DNA of 64,000 nt from Eledone cirrhosa (taxonomy: Eukaryota), in assembly GCA_964016885.1 (NCBI GenBank), contig OZ024762.1, positions 11,842,001 through 11,906,000 on the forward strand, given 5' to 3'. Both the position numbers and the translations under genes were made by a program. Shown one piece after another: positions 1 through 13,068 of the stretch (within the stretch, counting starts at the first letter, position 1; every line of letters starts with the position of its first letter). Under the pieces are notes generated by a model. That model did not search any database, was not told where the DNA came from, and worked only from the letters and a program-made list of their open reading frames with translations.

Positions 1-476
1 GACTATATCAAGGTAGTGCCCCAGCAATGCCACAGTCTCATGACTGAAGCTAGTAAAAGAATATGGTAGACTACATCAAGGTGGTGCCCCAGCAATGCCA
101 CAGTCTCATGACTGAAGTTAGTAAAAGAATATGGTAGACTATATCAAGGTAGTGCCCCAGCAATGCCACAGTCTCATGACTGAAGCTAGTAAAAGAATAT
201 GGTAGACTAGATCAAGGCAGTGCCCCAGCAATGCCACAGTCTCATGACTGAAGCTAGTAAAAGAATATGGTAGACTACATCAAGGTAGTGCCCCAGCATG
301 GCTGCAGTCTCATGACTGAAGCTAGTAAAAGAATATGGTAGACTACATCAAGGTGGTGCCCCAGCAATGCCGCAGTCTCATAACTGAAGCTAGTAAAAGA
401 ATATGGTAGACTACATCAAGGTGGTGCCCCAGCAATGCCGCAGTCTGATGACTGAAGCTAGTAAAAGAATATGGTA
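1..476 (+). repeat. 68-bp tandem repeat (7 copies, cut by the window start), probably a SINE 3' tail
   Basis: Unit GACTAYATCAAGGTRGTGCCCCAGCAATGCCRCAGTCTCATGACTGAAGCTAGTAAAAGAATATGGTA starts at 1, 69, 137, 205, 273, 341, 409. GTGCCCCAGCATGGC..CAGTC..ATGACTGAA...AGTAAAAGA resembles octopus SINE 3' ends (from recall). Confidence 0.9.
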
Positions 477-1559
477 TGGTTACTATAGCTGGACGCCATT
501 TCTAACACCAATAACCTTACAGTGATATATACACACACAGTCTACTTTCTAAGCTGGCATGGACTGGACAAATCAACAGTCAGAGATCAGACTGGTCAAA
601 GAAACACATCTTTCCATTTTAGGCAAGGTTTCTATAGCTAGATGCCCTTCTAACGGTGGAAAATAAATTTTTAAAATAATTCCTTTAAAAAATCCATTTA
701 CAGAATTTTTTAAAAAATTGAATTAAATTAAATGAAAAACCAATGTTGTCTCTGATCGAAACGAAGCGAGAGTGTTTTTGAATATAAAAATGAGAAAACT
801 CTTTGCTAGAACAGCCGTTAAAACAGCTAAATGCTGTCAAAGACAGCGATGGGCAAAAATGCCTCAGGGGACAGAGACCAGCGGTCAGTGGTCAACAGAG
901 TGGGTGACAGGTAGATGAAATATAGAAATGACTGAAAAGGAAGGACAAGGAGAAGTGTGTTGGTGCACAGAAGTGACTGGAAGAAGGAAATAAAGAAAGG
1001 CGATGTACAAGACAAGTTTACACACATCTTCACCCTCATCAGCCCTCAAACCAGTAAAATGGTTTCGCACGATTTAATTAAAATTATTTTAAATAATTCC
1101 TTCAAAGAATCCATTTACAGAAATTTTTTTTTAAATTGAATTAAATTAAATTAAAATTATATAAAAAAAAGACAATATGTTGGTGGGGAGGAATAGGTGC
1201 GTGTGTGGAGGTGTGTATTTAAATGCTGATTACTTAATAAATTACAAGAGAAGTGACATCAGCAAAATATATTTGTATGGTGGGTTACCACATACACAGG
1301 TGACACAACGATGGGGGGGGGTATTTACCTGAATCATCGCACCCACCACTGACCCCCACCCCAGTCACACCCATCACTGACTCCACTCTGCTCCACACCC
1401 ATATTCATCAGCATCACCACAGAACATCTCCTCCCCTCCCCTCCCCCACACACACCACACCACATCACCCCCTCCTAGATACCACACCAGCTCCACCCCA
1501 CCCCACGCTACCCCAGAGGTAAAAGATAGGACAATGATGAATGAATAAGATTTCCGAAG

Positions 1560-1920
1560 GAGAGGGGGGCATGGTAGGATAGGACAGGGTAGGACAGATG
1601 GAGAAGAGAATAGAGGGGGAGAAAGCAGAGAGAGGGAGAAAGCAGAGAGAGGGTGAGAGGAAGAGAGAGAGAGAGAAAGCAGAGAGGGGGTGAGAGGAAG
1701 AGAGAGAAAGCAGAGAGGAGGTGAGAGGAAGAGAGAGAGAGAAAGCAGAGAAGAGGTGAGAGGAAGAGAGAGAGAAATCAGAGAGAGAGTGAGAGGATGA
1801 GAACAGAGAGAGGGAGAGTGAGAGAGGGTTTGAGGGAGAGAAGAGAAAGAGAGAGAGGGTGAGAGGAAGAGAATAGAGAGGGTGTGATGAGAGAGAGAGA
1901 GAGAGAGAGAGGAGAGAGGG
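1560..1920. repeat. (GA)n-rich purine tract with a ~33-bp sub-repeat
   Basis: Repeats of GAAAGCAGAGAG.GGTGAGAGGAAGAGAGAGA. Confidence 0.85.
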
Positions 1921-2001
1921 CAATACACACCCAACCCTGATTGTCTTACATTGATGTTATGTTAGGGGTGGGGGGTAGGGGGGAGACAACTCATTTCTCA
2001 C

Positions 2002-2038
2002 CTGCCTGAAAATAGGATTGTTGGGGAGGGGGAGTCTG
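2002..2038 (-). other. putative 37-nt exon (34 nt with the alternative NAGNAG acceptor)
   Basis: Minus strand: ctttctcccccacccccacag|CAGACTCCCCCTCCCCAACAATCCTATTTTCAGGCAG|gtgaga. Strong pyrimidine tract, strong donor, open in all three frames. No homology support. Confidence 0.3.
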
Positions 2039-2399
2039 CTGTGGGGGTGGGGGAGAAAGCAACAGATGTGTGTGAGAGGGGCAGGGGGATAGAGAGACGG
2101 GGGAGACTGTGAGGGAGAGAGAGTGAGGAGAGAGAGGGGAGAGAGAGTGGGGCTGTAGGAGACAGAGAAGAGAGAGAGAGAGATAGTCAATGTGTAATTG
2201 CTCCCTAAGACCCCGAAAAGCTTTTTAAAATAATTTCAAGTGGAACAATTAATTAAACAAACTTTTCTTTTATTTTAAGAAAGAAAAGAAAGACAAAAGC
2301 AAAATATCATAAAATAAAACATATCTAGATCAAAGTGTGTAACATCTGTCATGGAACTAACAAGTGTAATCTTAGAATGAACTACTATCATCCTCATTG

Positions 2400-2400
<1 letters not shown>

Positions 2401-2430
<30 letters not shown>

Positions 2431-2755
2431 TTCATTTTACGTCCACTTTTCCCTGCTTGCAAGGGTGGGACGGGAACTGATTCTGGCTTGATTTCTACAG
2501 CTGGATGCCCTTCCTAACACCAACCTCATTTACAGTGAGTGCTGGGTGCTTTTTTTCCCGTGACACCTCCACGACCACTTTGCAGTGGAATGATAGGGAC
2601 CCCAGTCCCTATCATCTCATTTCTACAGCTGAGTATACTGGAACAATGTGAAATAAAGTGTCTTGTTCAAGGAAACAACACACCCTGTCTGAGAATTGAA
2701 CTCACAACCTTTCGATTGCAAGGCCAATGCTCTAACCACTAAGCCATGTGCCTCC
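2401..2755 (-). mobile_element. tRNA-derived SINE (family A) with an RTE-type 3' tail
   Basis: Reverse complement of 31089-31430; A box TGGCTTAGTGG, B box GAGTTCAATTC, (TGA)n tail. Confidence 0.9.
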
Positions 2756-3413
2756 ATTATACATATATATATAGGTGGTTTGTGGAGACGTTCCCTGGCA
2801 ATGAACGGAAAAAAGCGAAGATAATACGTCATTAAATGGAGCGATGAGAACAATTACATGCAAAGACAAAACAACGTTTATGGTATAAAGGAAGTCGTAG
2901 ACTAATATTCTATTTAGGAAACCGAAAGATTCTCGGCTTCAGAGTTAAGAATAATGTAAATAAATTAGTTTCCCTTGGACATCATCGGTGGCATGCGGAG
3001 GGGAGACTGGTATACATGGGTGACTGCTGGTCTTCCTCATACAACCTTGCCCGGACTTCTGCTCAAGAACACAACACAACACACAACTTGGCCCAGGACC
3101 CAAATACATGACATTATGGTCTTAAATGCAACACCCTCACCACTAAGCCACAAGCCTCCACCTAGTGAGTGTATATAATTACTACAGATTAGTATATATA
3201 ATTCACAACTAAATCATCTCTAGCATTACATGGATTAAAAAATATTGAAGGATTTATAGATCAAAGGGTTTTATGGCTGGACACACCTCCCTAATATCAC
3301 AGCTTTTAGAGGAAAATTAATTTTTTTAAAATACAAATAACAAATACTTTGTTTAATAATAAGAAGGTCACTGGGTCATACATTTTTGGGTGGGGGACAG
3401 TACAATTGATTAA

Positions 3414-3485
3414 CCCTTTTGCATTTAAACCGGCCCTATCCGACCAGAATTCTTTCACCTCTTTCTGCTCGAACTAGCTAAAGGG
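3414..3485. mobile_element. internally deleted piggyBac-like MITE (family A)
   Basis: TTAA-CCCTTTTGCATTTA ... GCTAAAGGG-TTAA; TTAA on both sides, CCC/GGG termini. Confidence 0.75.
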
Positions 3486-3712
3486 TTAATTTGAACCCAT
3501 CAACCACCATGACAGTTATTTAACCCTTCATGAACCATAGATATTACTGGTATGTTTTTACCTGCCGACCTTGTGTATCACAAACAGTGTGATAGATGTT
3601 CAGAGCTGGCTGATTCACTTGAACCATGGTCACTACTCCCATCCATCTTTCTTCAAACTATCTGGAAGGGAACACTTCCCTCTCCAACACAAGTTTTCAT
3701 ATAATTATATAC

Positions 3713-3746
<34 letters not shown>

Positions 3747-3824
3747 ATGTGTGTGTGTATAGATGCATATATTGTGAAACTTGAAAAGGTTAATCAAATC
3801 AGAGCCTTGAAGAAGAAAGGTTCC

Positions 3825-4150
3825 ATCTCAAAACCCTTTCAATTACATCCACCACACAACGCCTTTTGTCATTATTGCCAAGGAAGGAGAGGACTCCATC
3901 TTTAAATGTTTCCCCTTTTGTCATGATCACCAAGGAAGGGGTGGGGGGAGGTGGGGGGTCCATCTTCAACCCTTTTGTCATGGCCAGCAAGGAAGGGGTG
4001 GGGTCCATCTTCAACCCTTTCAATCACATCCACCACACAGCATCTTTAGCTATGGTGACCAGGGAAAGAAGAGGGAGGGGCTCATCTTCAACCCTTTCAC
4101 CATTTGTCATGGCTTCCACCACACCCTTTACGCCATGGTTACCAAAGGGG
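3825..4150. repeat. degenerate ~55-60-bp tandem repeat
   Basis: Recurrent CCTTTTGTCATG..CCAAGGAAGGG...TCCATCTTCAACCCTTT. Confidence 0.7.
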
Positions 4151-4452
4151 GGAGGGGGGTGATGTAACACTCATACCTCTTCCCAGGTCATTGGCAACAT
4201 GATAATGAAGTGGTTGTTATAATAGAGAAGAGGGGTGAGGAGACAGAGGAAGGGGAGAAGGAAGAAGAAGTGGAAGTAGGTCATGGCCTTGGTTAGTTGA
4301 GAACTTTCTAGAATTTCACTTAATAATGCAACAGTCATTCAGTAAACTTAATGTATTGAGTTCCATGGTACACACACACATATATGTATGTATATAATAT
4401 AATATATATATATAGACATACACATACACACACACATGTATGTATATAGTAA

Positions 4453-4605
4453 TCATCATCATCATCGTTTAATGTCTATCTTCCACGCTAGCATGGGTTG
4501 GACAGGAATAGTCCCATATGAGGCAAGATTGTTCGGGTCACCGCGTCTCGCTCATATTTGACTATCTGGCAGGTTTCCTACTGTTGGATGCCCTTCCTAA
4601 CACCA
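4453..4605 (-). mobile_element. short RTE-related non-autonomous element or 3' tail
   Basis: GTTAGGAAGGGCATCCA...CCCATGCTAGCGTGGAAGATAGACATTAAACGATGATG on the minus strand; related copies at 33975-34118 (+) and 57003-57135 (-). Confidence 0.7.
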
Positions 4606-4759
4606 TAATATATATATACACACACACACATATATACATACACACACACACACATATATATAAGGGAGTACGCGAAGGCTTCAAGAACATCATCTTTATC
4701 TGTTCCCTTGTCGTTTTAACTTGGATCTCCTCGAGAACGTAACCTTATTATATAACGAA

Positions 4760-4834
4760 GCTGTCTGATGAGATCATGACACTGGTTACGCGCAATCGCA
4801 TGGCCACTGTCATCATTGAAATATATATGACAGC
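4760..4834 (+). ncRNA. degenerate type I hammerhead ribozyme
   Basis: GCTGT-CTGATGA-long stem II (ATGACA...TGTCAT)-GAAA-TATATA-TG-ACAGC. Stem I is intact, but the cleavage triplet is AUG rather than NUH. Confidence 0.6.
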
Positions 4835-5036
4835 CTCATCAATAAAGGACTAAAATTTGCAACTACTTGGCATTTTATTATTATATATATTGTTATACTT
4901 TAGGAGGGTCATGTTGCCAATAAGAAACACACGCACCAGTTGCTTTCACTTCAATTTATTATATATTTATAAATTTATAAATTTATAAATTTCTGGTTGG
5001 TTGGTTGGTTCCACAACCAGATAGTTGTTTATATAT

Positions 5037-5081
5037 AGTCATAGTCCTTTCGTCACACACTCTGTGACCTCTTCAGTGACT
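5037..5081 (-). ncRNA. minimal type I hammerhead ribozyme
   Basis: Minus strand: AGTCA-CTGAAGA-G-GTCAC(agagtgt)GTGAC-GAAA-GGAC-TA-TGACT. Perfect 5-bp stems I and II; CUA cleavage triplet. Confidence 0.7.
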
Positions 5082-5404
5082 GGGGATTTCTAAACAAATT
5101 CAGAAACGAAATATATATATATATATATATATATACATACATATATAGTTGAGAATGGAGCTCCCGTTGAACGCTACCACCAAGTGCGAATTTCGCGCAG
5201 TTATTATATAGAGGGCAATCAATCCCAAAAGTAAGGTCTCCTTCCAAGGAAAACATGCGTAAAGATCAACGGATCACACTGGTTGCTCTCTGCATTTTGG
5301 TTCTTGAGGTTTCCCAAAGCACCATCCACAGGATTTTAATGGAAAAGTTGCAACATCGGAAGTTGCAATATCGGAAGGAGACCTGACTTTGGGGATTGCC
5401 CTTG

Positions 5405-5435
<31 letters not shown>

Positions 5436-5566
5436 ATCTGTAAAATACCTGGCCACAGTCCTTGCGGGATCAAGGTACGACATGGCCAACTCTGGCCAGA
5501 TTTTTACCTCCTGGTGAGGACCACCCTTCTAACCCATGCAAGCATGGAAAAATTGACGCTAAATGA

Positions 5567-5633
<67 letters not shown>

Positions 5634-5738
5634 TAAGTATTAAGTTGTTAAACAATATTCGATGATTATGTCAAAGAATGAGTTTAATTGATTAAATCTT
5701 AACCATTTAACATCTCAGGGTATGTCATGTATCATTAT

Positions 5739-5791
5739 ATTTTGTCTGATGAGGACGTACTGTTGTACATCCGAAATATGTATAATAAAAT
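5739..5791 (+). ncRNA. minimal type I hammerhead ribozyme (family H1)
   Basis: ATTTTGT-CTGATGA-GGACGTAC(tgtt)GTACATCC-GAAA-TATGTA-TA-ATAAAAT. Full catalytic core; AUA triplet, predicted cut after 5784. Confidence 0.85.
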
Positions 5792-6317
5792 GTTATTGAT
5801 CAAAAGAACATCTATTTTATTAATACTTATATTTTAATATATATATATATATATATATATTACATATACATGTTTTGTCACCACCTTTCCATTACTTCTC
5901 ACCCTTCTGTATATATATATATCACGTGCACACCTGCATATACGTGTACTCAAACACACATGTAAATATATATATTCCCACATATACGCATGTATATATA
6001 TATACACACACACGTCAGGGTTGCAGCCATTTACTAACGATGTACTTAGAAGTTGAGTGACTAATTCTGTTATGAGACACACTATAACTGAAGCACCAAC
6101 CAACAACTTTGGTAAATGGCACACTAACATCTTACACCCTTAAACTAAAGTAAACAACCTTTAAGTGGAATCTTGACTCTTAATATCCTGTACCACATGA
6201 AACCACATTAGCGAGACACTCTTGTAAACTACAAAACTATACTATGATTGCATCACATTAAATATTAAAGTCTTTAATACAGGAAATTTCCACTACTGTC
6301 GATCCACTAATATTAGA

Positions 6318-6525
6318 TGGATTGGCAGTATTAGGAGAGTCGGACGCCATGCTTTGCAGCATAGAGTTGCGGCCCTTTATGATCTGAGTTCAAATCCTGC
6401 CAAGGTTAACTTTGCCTTTCATCCTTACGAGGTCAATAAAATAAAGTACCAGTAATGTACTGGGGTCGATTTAATCGACTTTCCCTTCCTCCAAAATTGC
6501 TGGCCTTGTGCCTATATAAGAAACC
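6318..6525 (+). mobile_element. tRNA-derived SINE (family B)
   Basis: TTGGCAG..TTAG head, GAGTTCAAATCC B box, CTTTGCCTTTCATCCTTACG.GGTC.ATAAAATAAAGTACCAG body; many copies in the window. Confidence 0.8.
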
Positions 6526-6594
6526 ATATATATATATATAGAGAGAGAGAGACATATATATATATATATTATATATATAGAGAGACATATATGC

Positions 6595-6683
<89 letters not shown>

Positions 6684-7047
6684 TATATGCATATATATAT
6701 ATATATATATAGACATATATGCATATATATATATATAGACATGTATGCATATATATAGATATATATATAGACATGTATGCATATATATAGATATATATAT
6801 AGACATACATGTATTAACATACAAGCATACAAACATCTACCTCCACACACATACAAACACAACAGCACAGTATTGTATTTGTTATTCATGCTAAACGAGA
6901 GAGGTAGGGAGAGGTAGAGAGAGAGAGATACTATATATATCCTCAGCTAAATATAACTGACCATGGCATCAGTGGATGCTTTAGATCTGAAATAATGTTC
7001 TCATTGATTTTGAATCTCTCTCCCCAACAGTCCAGATTTATACACAC

Positions 7048-7124
<77 letters not shown>

Positions 7125-7182
7125 ACCCATGCTAGCGTGGAAAAATGGACGTAAAACGGTGATGATGATGATGACACACATC

Positions 7183-7218
<36 letters not shown>

Positions 7219-7328
7219 TACATAGTGTATGTCATGTTGACCTATTACATGTGTTAAAGCTGAGCACCAGCGATACCAGCATCACCATACTGACCACAAC
7301 AGAGCAGTTTGTCCTAACTTCCACCATA

Positions 7329-7842
7329 CTGACCACTGTTTGACAACAACAGAACAGTTTGTCCAATGTTGACCACAACAGAACAGTTTGTCCAATGTTG
7401 TTGACCACAACAGAACAGTTTGTCCAATGTTGTTGACCACAACAGAACAGTTTGTCCAATGTTGTTGACCAAAACAGAACAGTTTGTCCAATGTTGTTGA
7501 CCACAACAGAACAGTTTGTCCAATATTGTTTGACAACAACAGAACAGTTTGTCCAATGTTGACCACAACAGAACAGTTTGTCCAATGTTGTTGACCACAA
7601 CAGAACAGTTTGTCCAATGTTGTTGACCACAACAGAACAGTTTGTCCAATGTTGTTGACCACAACAGAACAGTTTGTCCAATGTTGTTTGACCACAACAG
7701 AACAGTTTGTCCAATGTTGTTTGACCACAACAGAACAGTTTGTCCAATGTTGTTTGACCACAACAGAACAGTTTGTCCAATGTTGTTGACCACAACAGAA
7801 CAGTTTGTCCAATGTTGTTGACCACAACAGAACAGTTTGTCC
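7329..7842. repeat. ~32-bp minisatellite (~16 copies)
   Basis: GACCACAACAGAACAGTTTGTCCAATGTTGTT, with 29-33-bp variants. Confidence 0.95.
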
Positions 7843-7949
7843 TGTCATAGAATCAGAGCCCCCTTTGGCCAGGTTCCGTACAACATATCTCAGGCAAGGT
7901 GATATATTAAACATCTCTCTCATTTTCTGATCTATACACACTTCTCTCT

Positions 7950-9525
7950 CAACCACTACTACTACCAGTACTACCACTAGCACTACTACCCCTACCATCA
8001 CTAGTACTACCACTACCACCACCAGTACTACTACTACTACAACCACCACTAGTACTACTACCACCACTAGTACTACTACTACTACTACTACCACTAGTAC
8101 TATTAGTACTACCATTACCAGTACTACCGGTACCACCTCTAGTACCACTAGTACTACAAGTACCACCACCAGTACCATCACTAGTACTATCACTACTAGT
8201 ACCACCACTAGTACTACTAGTACTACCACTACTATTACCACCACTAGTACTACTACCATCACCAGTACCACTACTACCACCACTACCACCACCACTAGTA
8301 CTACTACCACGCCAGTACCACCACTAGTACTACCAGTACCACTACCACCACTAGTACTACTAGTACTACTACCACCACTACCACTACTATATTCACTAAC
8401 AAGACAGTAATACTGGCAGACAGCCATTCCATTGCTATACTTCAATTAATTGTTGGATAATTGGTAGAGAAAGGTAAATGACTGGCTGACATTAACTTAA
8501 TTACTGGGACTGTAATAGTGGTATAGGTGGTGGTGGTGGTATAGGTGGTGGTGGTATAGGTGGTGGTGGTATAGGTGGTGGTTGTAGTGGTAATGGTAAT
8601 GGAAGTGGTGGTATAACTGGTGGTAGTGGTGGTGGAAGTGGTGGTAGAAGTGGTGGTAGAACTGGTGACAGTGGTATTGGTGCTGGTAGTAGTGGTAATG
8701 GTGGTGGAAATGATGGTAGAACTGGTGGTAGTGTTAATGATGGTGGAAGTGGTGGTAGAACTGGTGATAGTGGTGTTGGTACTAGTAGTAGTGGTGGTTG
8801 TAGTGGTAATGGTGGTAGAACTGGTGGCAGTGGTGTTGGTGCTGGTACTAGTGGTGGTTGTAGTGGTAATGATGGTGGTGTTGGTGCTAGTAGTAGTGAT
8901 GGTTGTAGTGGTAATGGTGGTGGAAATGGTGGTAGAGCTGGTGGTGGTGGTATTGGTGCTGGTAGTAGTGGTGGTTGTAGTGATAATGGTGGTGGAAGTG
9001 GTGGTAGAATTGGTGGTAGTAGTAGTGGTGGTTGTAGCAGTAATGGTGGTGGAAATGGTGGTAGAATTGGTGGCAGTGTTGGTGGTGCTGGTAGTAGTGG
9101 TGGTTGTAGTGGTAATGATGGCGGAAGTGGTGGTAGAACTGGTGGTAGTGGTGTTGGTGCTGGTAGTAGTGGTGGTTGTAGTGGTAATGGTGGTAGAACT
9201 GGTGGTAGTGGTGTTGGTGGTGGTTGTAGTGGTAATGATGGTGGAAGTGGTGGTAGAACTGGTGGTAGTGGTGTTGGTACTAGTAGTAGTGATGGTTGTA
9301 GTGGTAATGGTGGTGGAAATGGTGGTAGAACAGGTGGTGGTGGTGTTGGTGCTAGTAGTAGTGATGGTTGTAGTGGTAATAGTGGTGGAAGAACTGGTGG
9401 TGGTGGTGGTGGTGGTGCTGGTAGTAGTGATAATGGTGGTTGAAGTGGTGGTATTGGTGGTGGTAGTAATGGTAGTAGTAGTAATGATGGTAGTAACGGT
9501 GGTGTTGGTGGTAGTAGTGGTTGAA
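7950..9525. repeat. complex trinucleotide tracts: (ACT/ACC)n 7950-8390 and (GGT/AGT)n 8515-9525
   Basis: Low-complexity triplet repeats that produce the poly-V/T/P ORFs. Confidence 0.9.
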
Positions 9526-9674
9526 TTGAAGCTGTGACGCTGAGGCCAAGAACCCAATACCCTAACCAGCAGGCCACTGATCTTCATCAGGGGAAGGAGA
9601 AAGAGAAACAGAGAAATTGAGGTGAATTACAGAGAGAGGGGGAGAGGAGTAGATGAAGCAAGGTGGTAGTAGTG

Positions 9675-9707
<33 letters not shown>

Positions 9708-9763
9708 GGTGGTAGTAGTGTATGTATATATATATAGAGAAAGAGAGGGGGGTGGTAGTAGTG

Positions 9764-9812
<49 letters not shown>

Positions 9813-9875
9813 GTACGTTATTCCGGGTTGAATCGGAGGTAACCACAAGGTACTCAATACATTGCAGAGTATAAA

Positions 9876-10008
9876 AGTTTTAATATAGATGAGATTCTAC
9901 AGGACTAGAACTGTTTCATTCTTTAGAAATCATCAGGAATGAGATTCCTGATGATTTCTAAAGAATGAAACAGTTCTAGTCCTGTAGAATCTCATCTATA
10001 TTAAAACT
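9876..10008. repeat. perfect 133-bp palindrome containing a hammerhead-like core
   Basis: Arms 9876-9940 and 9944-10008 (65 bp each) are exact reverse complements around the loop GAG; contains CTGATGA-TTTCTAAAGAAT-GAAA. Confidence 0.95.
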
Positions 10009-10045
<37 letters not shown>

Positions 10046-10474
10046 GAGAGGGGCGGTGGTAGTAGTGTATGTATATATATATATATATATATATAGGAGG
10101 TAGTTGTAGATAGATAGTGAGGGGCATGATAGATAGATAGAGAGGTGGTAGCTAGAGAGATAGATAGATAGATAGATAGTGAGGGGAGTAGTAGATAGAG
10201 AGATAGTGAGAGGATAGATAGCTAGATAGTGAGGGGGGTAGATAGATAGATAGTGAGGGGGGTAGATAGAGATATAGTGAGGGGGGTAGATAGAAAGATA
10301 AGAAGGAGGAGGGGGTAGTAGATAGAGAGAACATGCCCCACCACCCCCAACATATGTGCAAATGTGTCAATTTGCATGTAATGTTTGAAATCAGTCCAAA
10401 TTTATGCCAACATAGGAAGGAGGGGGGGAGTAGCTATTCTACAGAAGAGAGCAAAACATGTATATGTGTGTGTG

Positions 10475-10518
<44 letters not shown>

Positions 10519-10521
10519 TAT

Positions 10522-10555
<34 letters not shown>

Positions 10556-10844
10556 GCACACACATAAATATAAACACATACATACATATGTATGTATATA
10601 AATATATATATATATAATCACAGACGTATGTATGTGTAAAACTGAAGTGTATAAGCGAGCTTTAAATAACTTATAATGAAAATTTAAAAATACTAGAATA
10701 AAAATCTAAACATGGCTAAGTAGGATATTTATATATATATGTGTATCTGTATACATATATATATATATTATATACACATATATACACTCTCTCTCTCTCT
10801 CTCTATATATATATAATTATATACACATACACATATATACACAC

Positions 10845-10926
<82 letters not shown>

Positions 10927-10943
10927 CATACATGTGTGTGTAG

Positions 10944-10979
<36 letters not shown>

Positions 10980-10994
10980 TCTCTCATATATATA

Positions 10995-11030
<36 letters not shown>

Positions 11031-11097
11031 TGCTAGCATTGGTTATATATGTAAATATAAAGAGTATGTGAATATATATATATGCACATGCTCTTTC

Positions 11098-11139
<42 letters not shown>

Positions 11140-11140
11140 A

Positions 11141-11449
<309 letters not shown>

Positions 11450-11521
11450 TGCTCTTTCTATATACATATATAACCAATGCTGGCATGGCAAATGGACGTT
11501 AAACGATGATGATGATATATA

Positions 11522-11599
11522 AAGGATGTCCCAAACAATGTATACACACTTCAACAACATTCTGATCAAAGTGTGTATACATTTTTTTGGGACACCATG
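11522..11599. mobile_element. 78-bp Tc1/mariner-like MITE
   Basis: TA-flanked; ~30-bp imperfect TIR GTCCCAAA.AATGTATACACACTT; copies at 19243-19320 and ~50380-50462. Confidence 0.75.
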
Positions 11600-11611
11600 T
11601 ATGTGTGTGTG

Positions 11612-11666
<55 letters not shown>

Positions 11667-11829
11667 GAGTCCCAGGTTCAATCGGGGGTAACAACACTAA
11701 GGTACTCAATACAGTACAATGTCAGTTAGCTTTCCTCGAATGAAACAGGACTTGTCCTGTAGAAGCCATATGTATATATATAGTTCCTTACTAACAAGAA
11801 CAGCAACAACTACAGCCATTACAGCAAAA

Positions 11830-12868
11830 ACAACTCCACCACCACCACCACCAACAACAACAACAATACCACCACCACCACCAACAACAACAACAATACC
11901 ACCACCACCACCAACAACAATACCACTACCACCACCACCACCACCACCACCACCAACAACAATACCACCACCACCAACACTACCAACAACAATACCACTA
12001 CCACCACCACCACTACCAACTACAATACCACCATCACTACCAACAATGCCACCACCAACACTACCACCATCACTACCAACAATACCACCACCACCACTAC
12101 CAACACTACCACCATCACTACCAACAATACCACCACCACCACTACCAACACTACCACCATCACTACCAACAATACCACCACCACCACTACCAACACTACC
12201 ACCATCACTACCAACAATGCCACCAACACTACCACCACCACCAACAATGCCACCACCAACACTACCACCACCACCACCACCAACAATACCACCACCACCA
12301 CTACCATCACTACCAACAATGCCACCAACACTACCACCACCACCAACAATGCCACCACCAACACTACCACCACCATCACTACCAACAATGCCACCACCAC
12401 AACCAACAACAATGCCACCACCACCACCATCACTACCAACAATGCCACCACCACAACCAACAACAGTGCCACCACCACAACCAACAACAATGCCACCACC
12501 ACCACCACCAACAATGCCACCACCACCACCACCACCACTACCAACAATGCCACCACCACAACCAACAACAGTGCCACCACCACAACCAACAACAATGCCA
12601 CCACCACCACCACCACCAACAATGCCACCACCACCACCACCACTACCAACAATGCCACCACCACAACCAACAACAATGCCACCACCACCACCACCACCAC
12701 CACTACCAACAATGCCACCAACAACAATGCCACCACCACCACCAACAACAATGCCACCACCATCACTACCACCACCACCACCACCACCACCAACAATGCC
12801 ACCAACAACAATGCCACCACCACCACCACCAACAATGCCACCACCACCACCACCACCACACCACCACA
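11830..12868. repeat. (CCA/ACA)n complex trinucleotide repeat
   Basis: Source of the poly-P/G/V ORFs. Confidence 0.9.
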
Positions 12869-13011
12869 TCTACTAAGCTGGTGGTGGTGGACTTCATAGC
12901 ACTTAGTCAGCAGAGACTTTTTTCTTTTTTCTCACTAATCTACCCCCACCCTCCATGTGTGTGTATATACATACACACATACATACGTATATGCAAGCGC
13001 ACGCACACACA

Positions 13012-13068
<57 letters not shown>

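Noticed and set aside
7851-7898. Plus-strand 48-nt exon candidate (catag|...|gtgata)
   Set aside because: Weak donor, unrecognised peptide and no partner exons.
8442-9587. Mucin-like, poly-Pro and poly-Val ORFs (also 11706-12876 and 20160-20735)
   Set aside because: Several frames on both strands are open only because the triplet repeats lack stops; no convincing splice sites or unique domains.
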